In this document: positions 17,099 to 24,800 of the stretch, in pieces | Numbering within the stretch: the stretch's first letter is position 1 | Layout: each line of letters opens with the position of its first letter | NCBI GenBank assembly: GCA_900234795.1 | Contig: LT962688.1 | Span: 4,710,001-4,742,000 of the forward strand | DNA length: 32,000 nucleotides | Reading direction: 5' to 3' | DNA from: Methylorubrum extorquens | Lineage (GTDB): Bacteria; Pseudomonadota; Alphaproteobacteria; Rhizobiales; Beijerinckiaceae | Program-made: the position numbers and the translations under genes | Notes under the pieces: model-generated | Database searches by the model: none | Told to the model about the DNA's origin: nothing | Seen by the model: the letters and a program-made list of their open reading frames with translations, nothing else

Positions 17099-17331
17099 AA
17101 AATTCCACCGCAGCGAACCGAGATGGGGCAAGTCCGGTATCGATGCCTACTGGAGGGCAGGCATTAGGTAGACGGGCGGCGGTAGGCGAATAGTCCGATT
17201 GTGGCCCGTCGAAATCGATCGGCGCCGACATGCCCATCGCTGCTTCGCCCACCGGTAAGGCCTACTGGAAGGCGTAAGGCTGAACAAAGAAACGGCGCGT
17301 GCAGCTAAAGCCGCAGCGCGCCGTCAGGTAG

Positions 17332-17398
17332 TTCCCGGTCTCGGGAAGGAACTGTATTTAGTATACACGATTGAAGCGCACAAGATCGTGTCGTTCCT
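17332..17398. other. Cluster of stem-loops in non-coding DNA (possible sRNA or processing element)
   Basis: TTCCCG-gtct-CGGGAA (17332-17347). ACACGAT-N13-ATCGTGT (17365-17391), nested in AGGAAC/GTTCCT (17347-17352 / 17393-17398). Confidence 0.3.
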
Positions 17399-17749
17399 GC
17401 CACAATCCACCCAGGCAGGCCGTCACGGATTTGTCATTCTAGCTTGGCGGCTGATCGCCAGCCTTCGGCGTCCATTCTACAGGACGATTGTGGGATGGAG
17501 GTCGGGTTTCACGATCCCCCGGCGCCGCTCCGCCCGTCCCTAGCCCCCCCGTCCGCCAATAATCTCCGATGTAGCGCTGGGTCCGCTCGATCGCCGCTCA
17601 ATGTCCGACTAGGTTCAGACGAAGAAGCCCTACAACTTCATGCTCGTTGCCGTGCCTTCACTCCCTCCAATGCACGTTGCGATTGACAATCCACCGGCCG
17701 CGAAGCGGAACGCGCGGTTCAAAGCGGAGAGAAGCGTCGGCCAGCGTGC

Positions 17750-19465
17750 TCAAACCGCTCGGCTCACCAGCAGGGCGAGGAGCGCGAGCCCAAGCCCTAG
17801 CGAGACCAGTTTCCAGAACAGGACCGGATTGCGCTCCAGCAAAGCCGCCCGGCGCATTCCGGCGAGCGAAGGGTTCGGGTGGCGCAGGTCGTAGGTGAAG
17901 GCCGACAGCGCCTCATAGCGCAGCGCCGGGTTCGGGTGGACGGCCTTGCGCAGGGCGCCGTCGACCCAGACCGGCAGGCCCGGCCGCATGGCCGAGAGCG
18001 GGACGTAGCGCAGGCGCCGCGCCCGCGCCTCGGTCAAGGCCCGGGCGGCCGCCGCGCCATAGGGCAACTGTCCGGTCAGCATCTGGTAGGCGATGATCCC
18101 GAGGGAGAACACGTCCGCCGCGGATGTACCGGGATGGCCGGCGAGATATTCGGGCGCGCTGTACTGCTGGGTGCCGAGCACCGGTTCCTCGGGGGCGAGC
18201 TCGGCCACGCCCGCCACGCGCGTCGCGCCGAAATCGATGATCCGTACGGTGCCGGCGGCGTCGATCAGGACGTTCTGAGGTCGCAGGTCCTGGTGCACCA
18301 TCTCGCGCCGGTGAAAGGCTTGCAGGCCCCGCGCGATCTGCTCGACAAGGCTGCGCACGGTCTCGAGGTCCGGTGCGGGATTGTCCCGCATCCACTGCGC
18401 CAGGGTGCGTCCCTCAACATACTCCATCGCCGTGTAGAGGTGGCTGCGCCGCCGCGCCTGCGGCTGGGCCTTCAACACGTGCGGGCTGTCGATGCGCCGG
18501 GCGATCCACTCCTCCATGACCAGTCGGCGCAGCTGCGCGGGGTCGTCGCGTGCTTCGGTCGAGGGCACCTTGAGGGCGACGGTCGCGCCGGTCTCGGAAT
18601 CCAGCGCGAGATAGACGTGGCTGCGGTGGCTCGCGTGGAGCGTGCGCAGCACCCGGTAGCCGTCGAAATCGGTCGGTGGATCGAGCAGGGGCGCGGGCGC
18701 TAGATCCGCGACACGGCCCGCTAGATCGGCCGGCCCGTCCTCGGGTGCTGCCTCAATGCGCACGATCTGTGCGGTGAGATTGTCGGTGCTGCCGGCTTCG
18801 TAGGCATGTCTGATGATTTCGCGGGCAGCCGTGTCCAGATCGGCGGCATGGCGCGCGATCAGGCCAGCGATCGTCTCCGGATCGACGTGCTCGTGCACGC
18901 CGTCGGTGGTCAGGACGAAGACGTCGCCGGGCTCGGTCCGCAGGCTGGCATGGTCAATCTCCACGCGTCCGCCCGCGCCGAGTGCCCGGCCGAGATAGGA
19001 TTCCTCCGCCGACAGGACGAGGCGGTGATCCTCGGTCAGCTGCTCCAAGGAGCGGCCCGCAACCCGGCAGATCCGCCCGTCGCCGACGTGGAAGAGGTGG
19101 GCGGTGCGGCCCTTGAGGATGAGGGCGCTGAAGGTGGTGACGTAGCCGCGGTCGGGCTCGTGCCGGCTGCGCCGCGTCTCGGCGTGGAGCCAGGAATTGG
19201 CCGCCGCGATCACGCGCTGCGCCGCGCTCTTCACCGACCATGTGTCGGGGGTGTCATAGTAGTCGGTGAGGAAGCTCTTGACCGCGGTCTCACTCGCGAC
19301 GTGGCTGACCGCGCTGCTGCCGATCCCGTCCGCGATGGCGATGGCCGCGCCCTTGAGCCCCAGAGCCGGCTGCCCGGGGATGAGCGCCCCGTGAAAATCC
19401 TGGTTGTGGGGCTTGCGACCCGCCGCGCTGTGCTGGCCGAGCGTGAGCCTGAGGTCGTTCGGCAT
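17750..19465 (-). CDS. Bifunctional PP2C-family Ser/Thr phosphatase / Hanks-type Ser/Thr protein kinase with C-terminal membrane anchor
   Basis: N-terminal PP2C motifs NQDFHG, IADGIGSS, TTDGVHE, GSTDNLTAQIV. Kinase motifs VALKVP, HQDLRPQNVLI, IIDFGATR, SAPEYL. C-terminal TM LFWKLVSLGLGLALLALLV. ATG 19465 is preferred because the ORF-track start (TTG 19525) would translate through a 13-bp hairpin. Confidence 0.9.
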   Translation of the reverse strand: MPNDLRLTLGQHSAAGRKPHNQDFHGALIPGQPALGLKGAAIAIADGIGSSAVSHVASETAVKSFLTDYYDTPDTWSVKSAAQRVIAAANSWLHAETRRSRHEPDRGYVTTFSALILKGRTAHLFHVGDGRICRVAGRSLEQLTEDHRLVLSAEESYLGRALGAGGRVEIDHASLRTEPGDVFVLTTDGVHEHVDPETIAGLIARHAADLDTAAREIIRHAYEAGSTDNLTAQIVRIEAAPEDGPADLAGRVADLAPAPLLDPPTDFDGYRVLRTLHASHRSHVYLALDSETGATVALKVPSTEARDDPAQLRRLVMEEWIARRIDSPHVLKAQPQARRRSHLYTAMEYVEGRTLAQWMRDNPAPDLETVRSLVEQIARGLQAFHRREMVHQDLRPQNVLIDAAGTVRIIDFGATRVAGVAELAPEEPVLGTQQYSAPEYLAGHPGTSAADVFSLGIIAYQMLTGQLPYGAAAARALTEARARRLRYVPLSAMRPGLPVWVDGALRKAVHPNPALRYEALSAFTYDLRHPNPSLAGMRRAALLERNPVLFWKLVSLGLGLALLALLVSRAV

Positions 19466-19480
19466 CGGGGAGGACTTAAG

Positions 19481-19519
19481 GGACAGGGACCCGTGCCCTT
19501 GCGGCGCGGGTCCCTGTCC
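19481..19519 (-). promoter_or_regulatory. Strong intercistronic hairpin (13-bp perfect stem GGACAGGGACCCG / CGGGTCCCTGTCC) between the FNT and kinase/phosphatase genes
   Basis: Arms at 19481-19493 and 19507-19519. The 13-nt loop can add a GCC/GGC extension. It lies 14 nt downstream of the FNT stop and 16 nt upstream of ATG 19465. No U-tract. Confidence 0.6.
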
Positions 19520-19532
19520 GGTCAAGCACGGA

Positions 19533-20372
19533 TCAGGCGGCGAGGCGGCGCGCCTCGCCCTGCACGGCCGTGCGCTTCGGCGCGGTGCGGACGTGGGTGG
19601 TGTAGAGGGTGAGCCCCGTGAAGGCCAAGCCGCCGACGAGGTTGCCCAGCACGGTCGGGATCTCGTTCCAGAAGAAGTAATCCGCGATCGAGAAGTTGCC
19701 GCCCATCATCAGGCCGAAGGGGAACAGGAACATGTTCACCACCGAGTGCTCGAAGGTCATGTAGAAGAACACCATGATGGGCATCCACATGGCGATGACC
19801 TTGCCGCTTACCGTGGTCGAGATCATCGCGCCGACGACGCCGGTCGAGACCATCCAGTTGCACAGCATGCCGCGCATGAAGATCGTGAACCAGCCGCCAA
19901 CGCCGTGGGCGGCATAGCCGAGGGTGCGGCGCTCGCCGACATGGGCGATGAACTCGCCGACTTTGTCGGCCGGCGCGGTGAAGCCGAAGGTGAAGACGAA
20001 GGCCATCATGAAGGCCACCGTGAGCGCCCCCAGGAAGTTGCCGAGGAAGACGAGACCCCAGTTGCGCAGCACCCCGCCCCAAGTCACGCCCGGGCGTCGA
20101 TCGAGGAGCGCCAGCGGGGCCAGCACGAAAACGCCGGTCAGAAGATCGAAGCCCAGCAGGTAGAGCATGCAGAACCCGACCGGGAACAGGGCAGCGCCGA
20201 GGATCGGGATCCCGGTCTGCTGAGTGATGGTGACGGCGAAGACCGCGGCAAGCGCCAGGATCGCGCCCGCCATGTAGGCGCGGATCACGGTGTCGCGGGT
20301 CGCCATGAAAATCTTGGATTCTCCGGCATCGACCATCTTGGTCACGAATTCGGAGGGCGCGAGGTAAGCCAT
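19533..20372 (-). CDS. Formate/nitrite transporter (FNT) family channel (FocA/NirC-like)
   Basis: 279 aa, six hydrophobic segments. FNT-like N-terminus MAYLAPSEFVTKMVDAGESK...RAYMAGAILALAAVF, with GNFLGA and LGNLVGG motifs. AAGGAAAC precedes ATG 20372. Confidence 0.9.
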   Translation of the reverse strand: MAYLAPSEFVTKMVDAGESKIFMATRDTVIRAYMAGAILALAAVFAVTITQQTGIPILGAALFPVGFCMLYLLGFDLLTGVFVLAPLALLDRRPGVTWGGVLRNWGLVFLGNFLGALTVAFMMAFVFTFGFTAPADKVGEFIAHVGERRTLGYAAHGVGGWFTIFMRGMLCNWMVSTGVVGAMISTTVSGKVIAMWMPIMVFFYMTFEHSVVNMFLFPFGLMMGGNFSIADYFFWNEIPTVLGNLVGGLAFTGLTLYTTHVRTAPKRTAVQGEARRLAA

Positions 20373-20839
20373 ACTGGTTTCCTTGTGGCGGCCGGAAGAT
20401 GCTGGGTTCGACGAGTCCCCGCCCGGATCTCCAGGCGCCTCCGGTCCGACGTGGTGTCTGACCCGCCGGCGCGAGCCTTGCCCGCACCGGTCGGTCGCGC
20501 CTCAGCAAGATCCACGCCCGTTTGAGCAGCACACCGTGCCGTGCGACGCCCTTGCCGACGCCACGGTTCGGGCGGCTCTCCGCCGACGATCGCGTTTCCA
20601 CCGTTCAAGACCGGGCGTGCTGCCGCTCGGCGCCGGTCCGCCGCGCCGAAGCTCACCCGTCCGCCATCAATCCCTGAGGAGGGGCGCACGCGCTCGATCG
20701 CCGAGCCGAGGGCTGCTTATTTTTTTGATGCGGATGTCGGGGAAAGAGGTCTGTTCGGTCGCGTTGCGGGACAACCGCTTCAAGCCGTAAGCGGAGTGAC
20801 CGCGGCTCATCGCGGACGGACCTGACGACGGAACGCACG

Positions 20840-22324
20840 ATGGATCACGACGTCACAGCACCAGGATCGGGCGAGCAGGCCGCGATCATCGAGGCTGCTG
20901 AAGAGGTCGTGCTGGAGCCGCTGGCCGACTTCCCGCACATTGACCTGCGCACCGGAGTCGAGCCGTGGGATAAGCGTCGAGCCGCGGGCAAGACGCTGCG
21001 ACGCGACCTTCCCCACGCCGATCATGCCATCCTAGGCGGCGACGCGGATCGACCCGACCCGGTCTCGCTCATCGAAGGGGCGCATGCTGGCCGGCAGGAA
21101 CACCTCATCCCGCTGCGGGTCGCCCGCATGGCTTCCTCACCGTTCGCGTTCTTGCGCGGGGCAGCGCAGGTCATGGCCTGGGATCTGGCTCAGGGACCGC
21201 GCGGTGCGATCGACGTCGTGATGAACGGTGATGCCCATCTATCGAACTTCGGCCTGTTCGGCTCTCCGCAGGGCGACGTCGTTCTGGATCTCAACGATTT
21301 CGATGAGGTCACGGTCGGACCGTGGGAATGGGATCTTAAACGGCTGTGCGCGAGTATCGAGGTCGCGGCGCGAGACGCCGCCGTGCCCGTGACTGAACGG
21401 CGTCAGGCGGTCCAAAGCGCCGCCGCGGGCTACCAGCACGCCATGGACGATCTCGCTCCGCGTGGATCGTTGGACGTCTGGCAGCAGGCCGCGCGCGCTG
21501 ATGATCTCGACTTCATCGGCATTGAAATCGATGCCCAGTCGCAGGCTGTGGTGCACCGAGCCGTCGAGAAAGCCAGACGCAAGAATAATCAGAGCCTGCT
21601 CGATCGGGTCGGCGAGCGGCGCACGGATGGTGGCTGGCGCTTCCGCGAGGAGCCGCCGATCCTCACCCGTGTCGATGAAGCGACACGCCAGAGCGTCACG
21701 GCCGGACTGGAACGCTACGCCGAGACGCTGCCGCGCGAGCGCCGGTTCATGCTGAGCCGCTACCACGTCGTCGATGTCGCGCACCGAGTGGTTGGCGTCG
21801 GTAGCGTCGGCACGCGGGCCTATGTCGCCTTGTTGTGCGGAAATTCGGACCAGGATGCGCTGTTCCTCCAGGTCAAGGAAGCCGTGCGACCGGCAAGCGC
21901 ACCGTATCTGCGCGGCATGCCCGAGCCCTATGCGAGCCACGAGGGCGAACGCGTCATCTACGGACAGCGCCTGCTGCAGGCAGTGGGAGACCCGCTGCTC
22001 GGCTGGACCAGCATCGATGGCCGCCCATTCTACGTGCGTCAGATGAAGAACATGAAGGGCGAGATCCCGCTCAGTCGTATGGCGGGCCGCTCGCTGATGT
22101 ACTTCTCGCACGCCTACGGTGCGCTGCTGGCGAAGGCGCATGCTCGCACCGGAGATGCAGCGGCGATCGCGGGCTACTTCGGTCACGATGGGCGTGCCGA
22201 CCTGCGTGAAGCCCTTGCTGATTGGGCGCAGGCCTATGGGGATCGAAATGCGGCCGACTACGAGATGTTTCGCGCCGCGATAGCTGAAGGTCGCCTCACG
22301 GCAGCGGATCATCCGCATCTGTGA
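20840..22324 (+). CDS. DUF2252 domain-containing protein (uncharacterised)
   Basis: RVARMASSPFAFLRGAAQVMAWDLA ... GDAHLSNFGLFGSPQGDVVLDLNDFDEVTVGPWEWDLKRL matches my memory of the DUF2252 core. 494 aa. Confidence 0.8.
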   Translation: MDHDVTAPGSGEQAAIIEAAEEVVLEPLADFPHIDLRTGVEPWDKRRAAGKTLRRDLPHADHAILGGDADRPDPVSLIEGAHAGRQEHLIPLRVARMASSPFAFLRGAAQVMAWDLAQGPRGAIDVVMNGDAHLSNFGLFGSPQGDVVLDLNDFDEVTVGPWEWDLKRLCASIEVAARDAAVPVTERRQAVQSAAAGYQHAMDDLAPRGSLDVWQQAARADDLDFIGIEIDAQSQAVVHRAVEKARRKNNQSLLDRVGERRTDGGWRFREEPPILTRVDEATRQSVTAGLERYAETLPRERRFMLSRYHVVDVAHRVVGVGSVGTRAYVALLCGNSDQDALFLQVKEAVRPASAPYLRGMPEPYASHEGERVIYGQRLLQAVGDPLLGWTSIDGRPFYVRQMKNMKGEIPLSRMAGRSLMYFSHAYGALLAKAHARTGDAAAIAGYFGHDGRADLREALADWAQAYGDRNAADYEMFRAAIAEGRLTAADHPHL

Positions 22325-22640
22325 TGGAGGAAGAGAGCGGCCGACATTTCCATCGCCCGGTGTGCTGAACCGGGCTTCTGCCCGCCTTAACATCAGAGGT
22401 AACGGCGTCGGGACATGGCGCACGTCCGGCGGCTTTGTGGAATGCGCTGGCAACTGGAGTGCCAAGCGCGCGGGTTGATGTCCCCGAGCCGCGGCTTGAG
22501 GCTGGTTTCTCCAGAAGCAGGTGTCCCATGACCTCTGCCAGGACGGTGACCGCCTGCCAGCCCCTAACCCTGCACGCGGCCGGAACGGGCGGAAAAGGTG
22601 GTTTCAGGCATTTGCGGCACGAACGACACTAACTCCGTTA

Positions 22641-22665
22641 GGAACGTCGGCAGAAGTTGGAGGTT
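22641..22665 (+). promoter_or_regulatory. Candidate EcfG-type (general stress response sigma) promoter GGAAC-N16-GGTT
   Basis: GGAAC at 22641-22645 and GGTT at 22662-22665 (equivalently GGAAC-N17-GTT). Sits about 28 nt upstream of ATG 22693, leaving room for the AGGAGG RBS at 22681-22686. Confidence 0.4.
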
Positions 22666-22692
22666 GGCCGGAGGAGCTCAAGGAGGTTCCTC

Positions 22693-23190
22693 ATGTCAGC
22701 ACCCCGCAGCCTGCAAGATGTATACCTCGATGAACTGAAAGATAGTTGGTCTGCTAACGACCAGATGGCCCGTACCGTTCAACAGCTCAGTCAGAAGGCT
22801 AGCGACGCCAAGCTGAAGCAGATGCTTGAGAAATCGGTCGAGGGTATCAACAAGCACACTGGCATCCTCAAGAGCTTGATCGAGCAAGCCGGAGGAAAGG
22901 TTGAGCCGGAGCACTGCAAGGGCATGGAAGGGCTGGTCACCGAGGCGCGTAAGCACGCGTCCGAAGAAGCCCCGCAGGATGGCCAGCTTCGGGACGTGGT
23001 GATCATCGCCCAGTACCAGCGCATGGCGCACTACGGCTTGGCTGGGTTTGGATCAGCGGCCGCTTACGCCAAGGCGCTTGGCAAGTCCGAGGACGAGCAG
23101 AAGCTCAAGCAGGCTGTCTCGGAGATCTACAAGGGCGATGAGTTCGCCAGCCAGTTGGCTGAGGGCCTGCAGCAGGTTGCCACGAAGTAG
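22693..23190 (+). CDS. DUF892 / YciE-YciF-like ferritin-like stress protein
   Basis: SLQDVYLDELKDSWSANDQMARTV...LKQMLEKSVEGINKHTGILKSLIEQAGG...CKGMEGLV...IIAQYQRMAHYGLAG. AGGAGG lies 6 nt before ATG 22693. Confidence 0.8.
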   Translation: MSAPRSLQDVYLDELKDSWSANDQMARTVQQLSQKASDAKLKQMLEKSVEGINKHTGILKSLIEQAGGKVEPEHCKGMEGLVTEARKHASEEAPQDGQLRDVVIIAQYQRMAHYGLAGFGSAAAYAKALGKSEDEQKLKQAVSEIYKGDEFASQLAEGLQQVATK

Positions 23191-23195
23191 TTGAG

Positions 23196-23224
23196 AGCGC
23201 TGCCGCCCAAGCGGCAGCGCTTTC
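23196..23224 (+). terminator. Intrinsic-terminator-like hairpin AGCGCTGCCGC-ccaa-GCGGCAGCGCT followed by TTC
   Basis: 11-bp perfect stem starting 6 nt after the stop at 23190. Short T tail. Confidence 0.6.
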
Positions 23225-23290
23225 ACCGAGCGGAACTTGCCTGCACCTCGCTCGCCCTGGGGGACGGCGGATTAGACCGCGCAACTGGCC

Positions 23291-23533
23291 TCAGAGATCC
23301 CCGACGACTCCGACGTTGAGGCGTTGCGCGCCATAGTGCGCGGTCAGCGGGTGAAGGCGCTCGAACTGCAAGGCCAGACGGTCAAGATCGCGACTGGGGA
23401 ATTGATCAACGCGCGCGCCCTTTTTGGATCCATCGATGACAACGGGCTGTCCACCCGGCGATGAGGCGCCCCGAACCCGGCCAGACCGTGAGGGCAGCCT
23501 CACCGTTCTCGCACTAGGTTGCGGGCCAGGCAC
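23291..23533 (-). CDS. Hypothetical protein (80 codons from GTG); weakly supported
   Basis: ORF begins 18 nt after the upstream minus-strand ORF. Mixed third-position GC. No recognised motif. Confidence 0.2.
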   Translation of the reverse strand: MPGPQPSARTVRLPSRSGRVRGASSPGGQPVVIDGSKKGARVDQFPSRDLDRLALQFERLHPLTAHYGAQRLNVGVVGDL

Positions 23534-23551
23534 ACCGCATCGCGGCAGAAC

Positions 23552-23782
23552 TCACTTGAGGTCGGGTTCGACGGTGATGGTGGCGAAGTACGCGGCAAGG
23601 CGCTTTGCCGCTTCGAAATCCTCGCACTCGATGTTGACCTGCCCGGGCCAAACCCGCTCCTCCTGTCGGAGCTGATGCAGGATGTGCTCGGCCGTATCGG
23701 CGGCCTCGGCTTCAGTGTTCCCAGCAACACGGCACTCGTACCGCTTGCCGGATATGACGATGGTAAAGGGTGCAGGTCGCAT
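23552..23782 (-). CDS. Hypothetical 76-aa protein
   Basis: ATG 23782 is preceded by GAGG at 3-nt spacing. Codon usage is coding-like. MRPAPFTIVISGKRYECRVAGNTEAEAADTAEHILHQLRQEERVWPGQVNIECEDFEAAKRLAAYFATITVEPDLK. No family recognised. Confidence 0.4.
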   Translation of the reverse strand: MRPAPFTIVISGKRYECRVAGNTEAEAADTAEHILHQLRQEERVWPGQVNIECEDFEAAKRLAAYFATITVEPDLK

Positions 23783-24024
23783 AGCCTCAACATGGTCGGC
23801 GATGGCTGCTTCCGCGCTGTGACAGAACGCCCGCGCTCACGGTTTCCGACCGCGAACGGAGTCTGGCTACTCACGCCATCGCGGCACGGATATGATTTGA
23901 GTTTCGCCAACGCCTCGGAGGCCGACCTGGAAGTAAAGGCGATTTCTCTTGGCTTTCGCCGTGATTGGTCGCATGTTGCGATCTTCGTACGCTCGCATCC
24001 GCCGACCTGTTGTGGAGGGAGAAG

Positions 24025-24384
24025 ATGCTTAGATCGTTCGAGGAGAGAGAACGCGCCGAAGAGCTTCTATTTGTGATCGGCGAGGAACGACGCTTTCTGA
24101 ACCGCCGCGCTGGCGCCCAAGCATTGGCTGATTTCGCGATCCGGAAACTTGGCTGTGATGCTCGGACGAGCCGCGCCTACGCTGACGTGCTGATCGATGC
24201 AATGATCCATGGCGCCAGCAACGAGGCCTTGCTCGAACGGGTGCGCGCCGATCTGGCAGCCAACCTCGCAGACTTCAGCCTCGAAGAACTGAGAGCCGTG
24301 ATGTTGGGCGGCAGCGATCCTGCTCTCAGATCCAGGCCGGTCGTGACACCACGCTCGCCAGTCCGCAGCTCTTCACGTTTGTAG
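24025..24384 (+). CDS. DUF1476 family protein (homolog of the alphaproteobacterial F1-ATPase inhibitor zeta subunit) with C-terminal extension
   Basis: MLRSFEERERAEELLFVIGEERRFLNRRAGAQALADFAIRKLG...AYADVLI parallels the recalled Paracoccus zeta subunit pattern (F-D-D-RERA-x-E-x-x-F ... AR-x-N-x-LLG-x-WAA). GGAGGGA precedes ATG 24025. Confidence 0.65.
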   Translation: MLRSFEERERAEELLFVIGEERRFLNRRAGAQALADFAIRKLGCDARTSRAYADVLIDAMIHGASNEALLERVRADLAANLADFSLEELRAVMLGGSDPALRSRPVVTPRSPVRSSSRL

Positions 24385-24767
24385 CGCAATAACGATAGAG
24401 ATCGCAGCCGCTGCCGAGCCAGACGAAGACGGTCTCAGCCGGAGCTCGTCAGCGGCTATGAGGAAGACATTCTCCGCCTCTTCCGCACAAGCCCGGTAAG
24501 CGCGTGGCTCGGAAGATGTCTTTGTGACGTCCGACTCAGGCACGCAAGCGTTCTTGCTGAAGCTGTGCCACGCCGAATCCTTTCGGGCGCGCTATCTACT
24601 CTTTTGCTAGACATGGGTTTTTCCCTTCGATGCCCTAGGCGTCGGGCTGGGACCGTCGTAGCCCTTCCCCAGATGATGGGTGCGAGGTGCGACTCAGACC
24701 GGTCTGGTGGCCTGACGCGATGGTCGTGATTCGAGGGCGAGTCGCTTCTTCGAACCCTGAAGGCAGA

Positions 24768-24799
24768 GCCAGACCTGGTTTCCGCCAGACCTGGTTTCC
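24768..24799. repeat. Perfect 16-bp tandem duplication (GCCAGACCTGGTTTCC x2)
   Basis: Units at 24768-24783 and 24784-24799. The repeat ends 1 nt from the stop codon of the metallophosphoesterase gene. Confidence 0.9.
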
Positions 24800-24800
24800 G

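Noticed and set aside
17444-17898. Plus-strand ORFs 17444-17686, 17640-17894 and 17647-17898 in or next to the non-coding tract.
   Set aside because: The translations are low-complexity, lack start context, and partly overlap the 3' end of the kinase gene on the other strand.
20713-20727. T7 run (GCTGCTTATTTTTTT) as an intrinsic terminator.
   Set aside because: No stable GC-rich stem directly precedes the T-run, and no plus-strand gene ends upstream of it. It is more likely just AT-rich promoter DNA for the divergent genes.
20725-20738. FNR/FixK/NnrR-like box TTGAT-gcgg-ATGTC upstream of the FNT operon.
   Set aside because: Only the left half-site matches TTGAT-N4-ATCAA. The right half matches 2 of 5 positions, which is too weak to call without comparative support.
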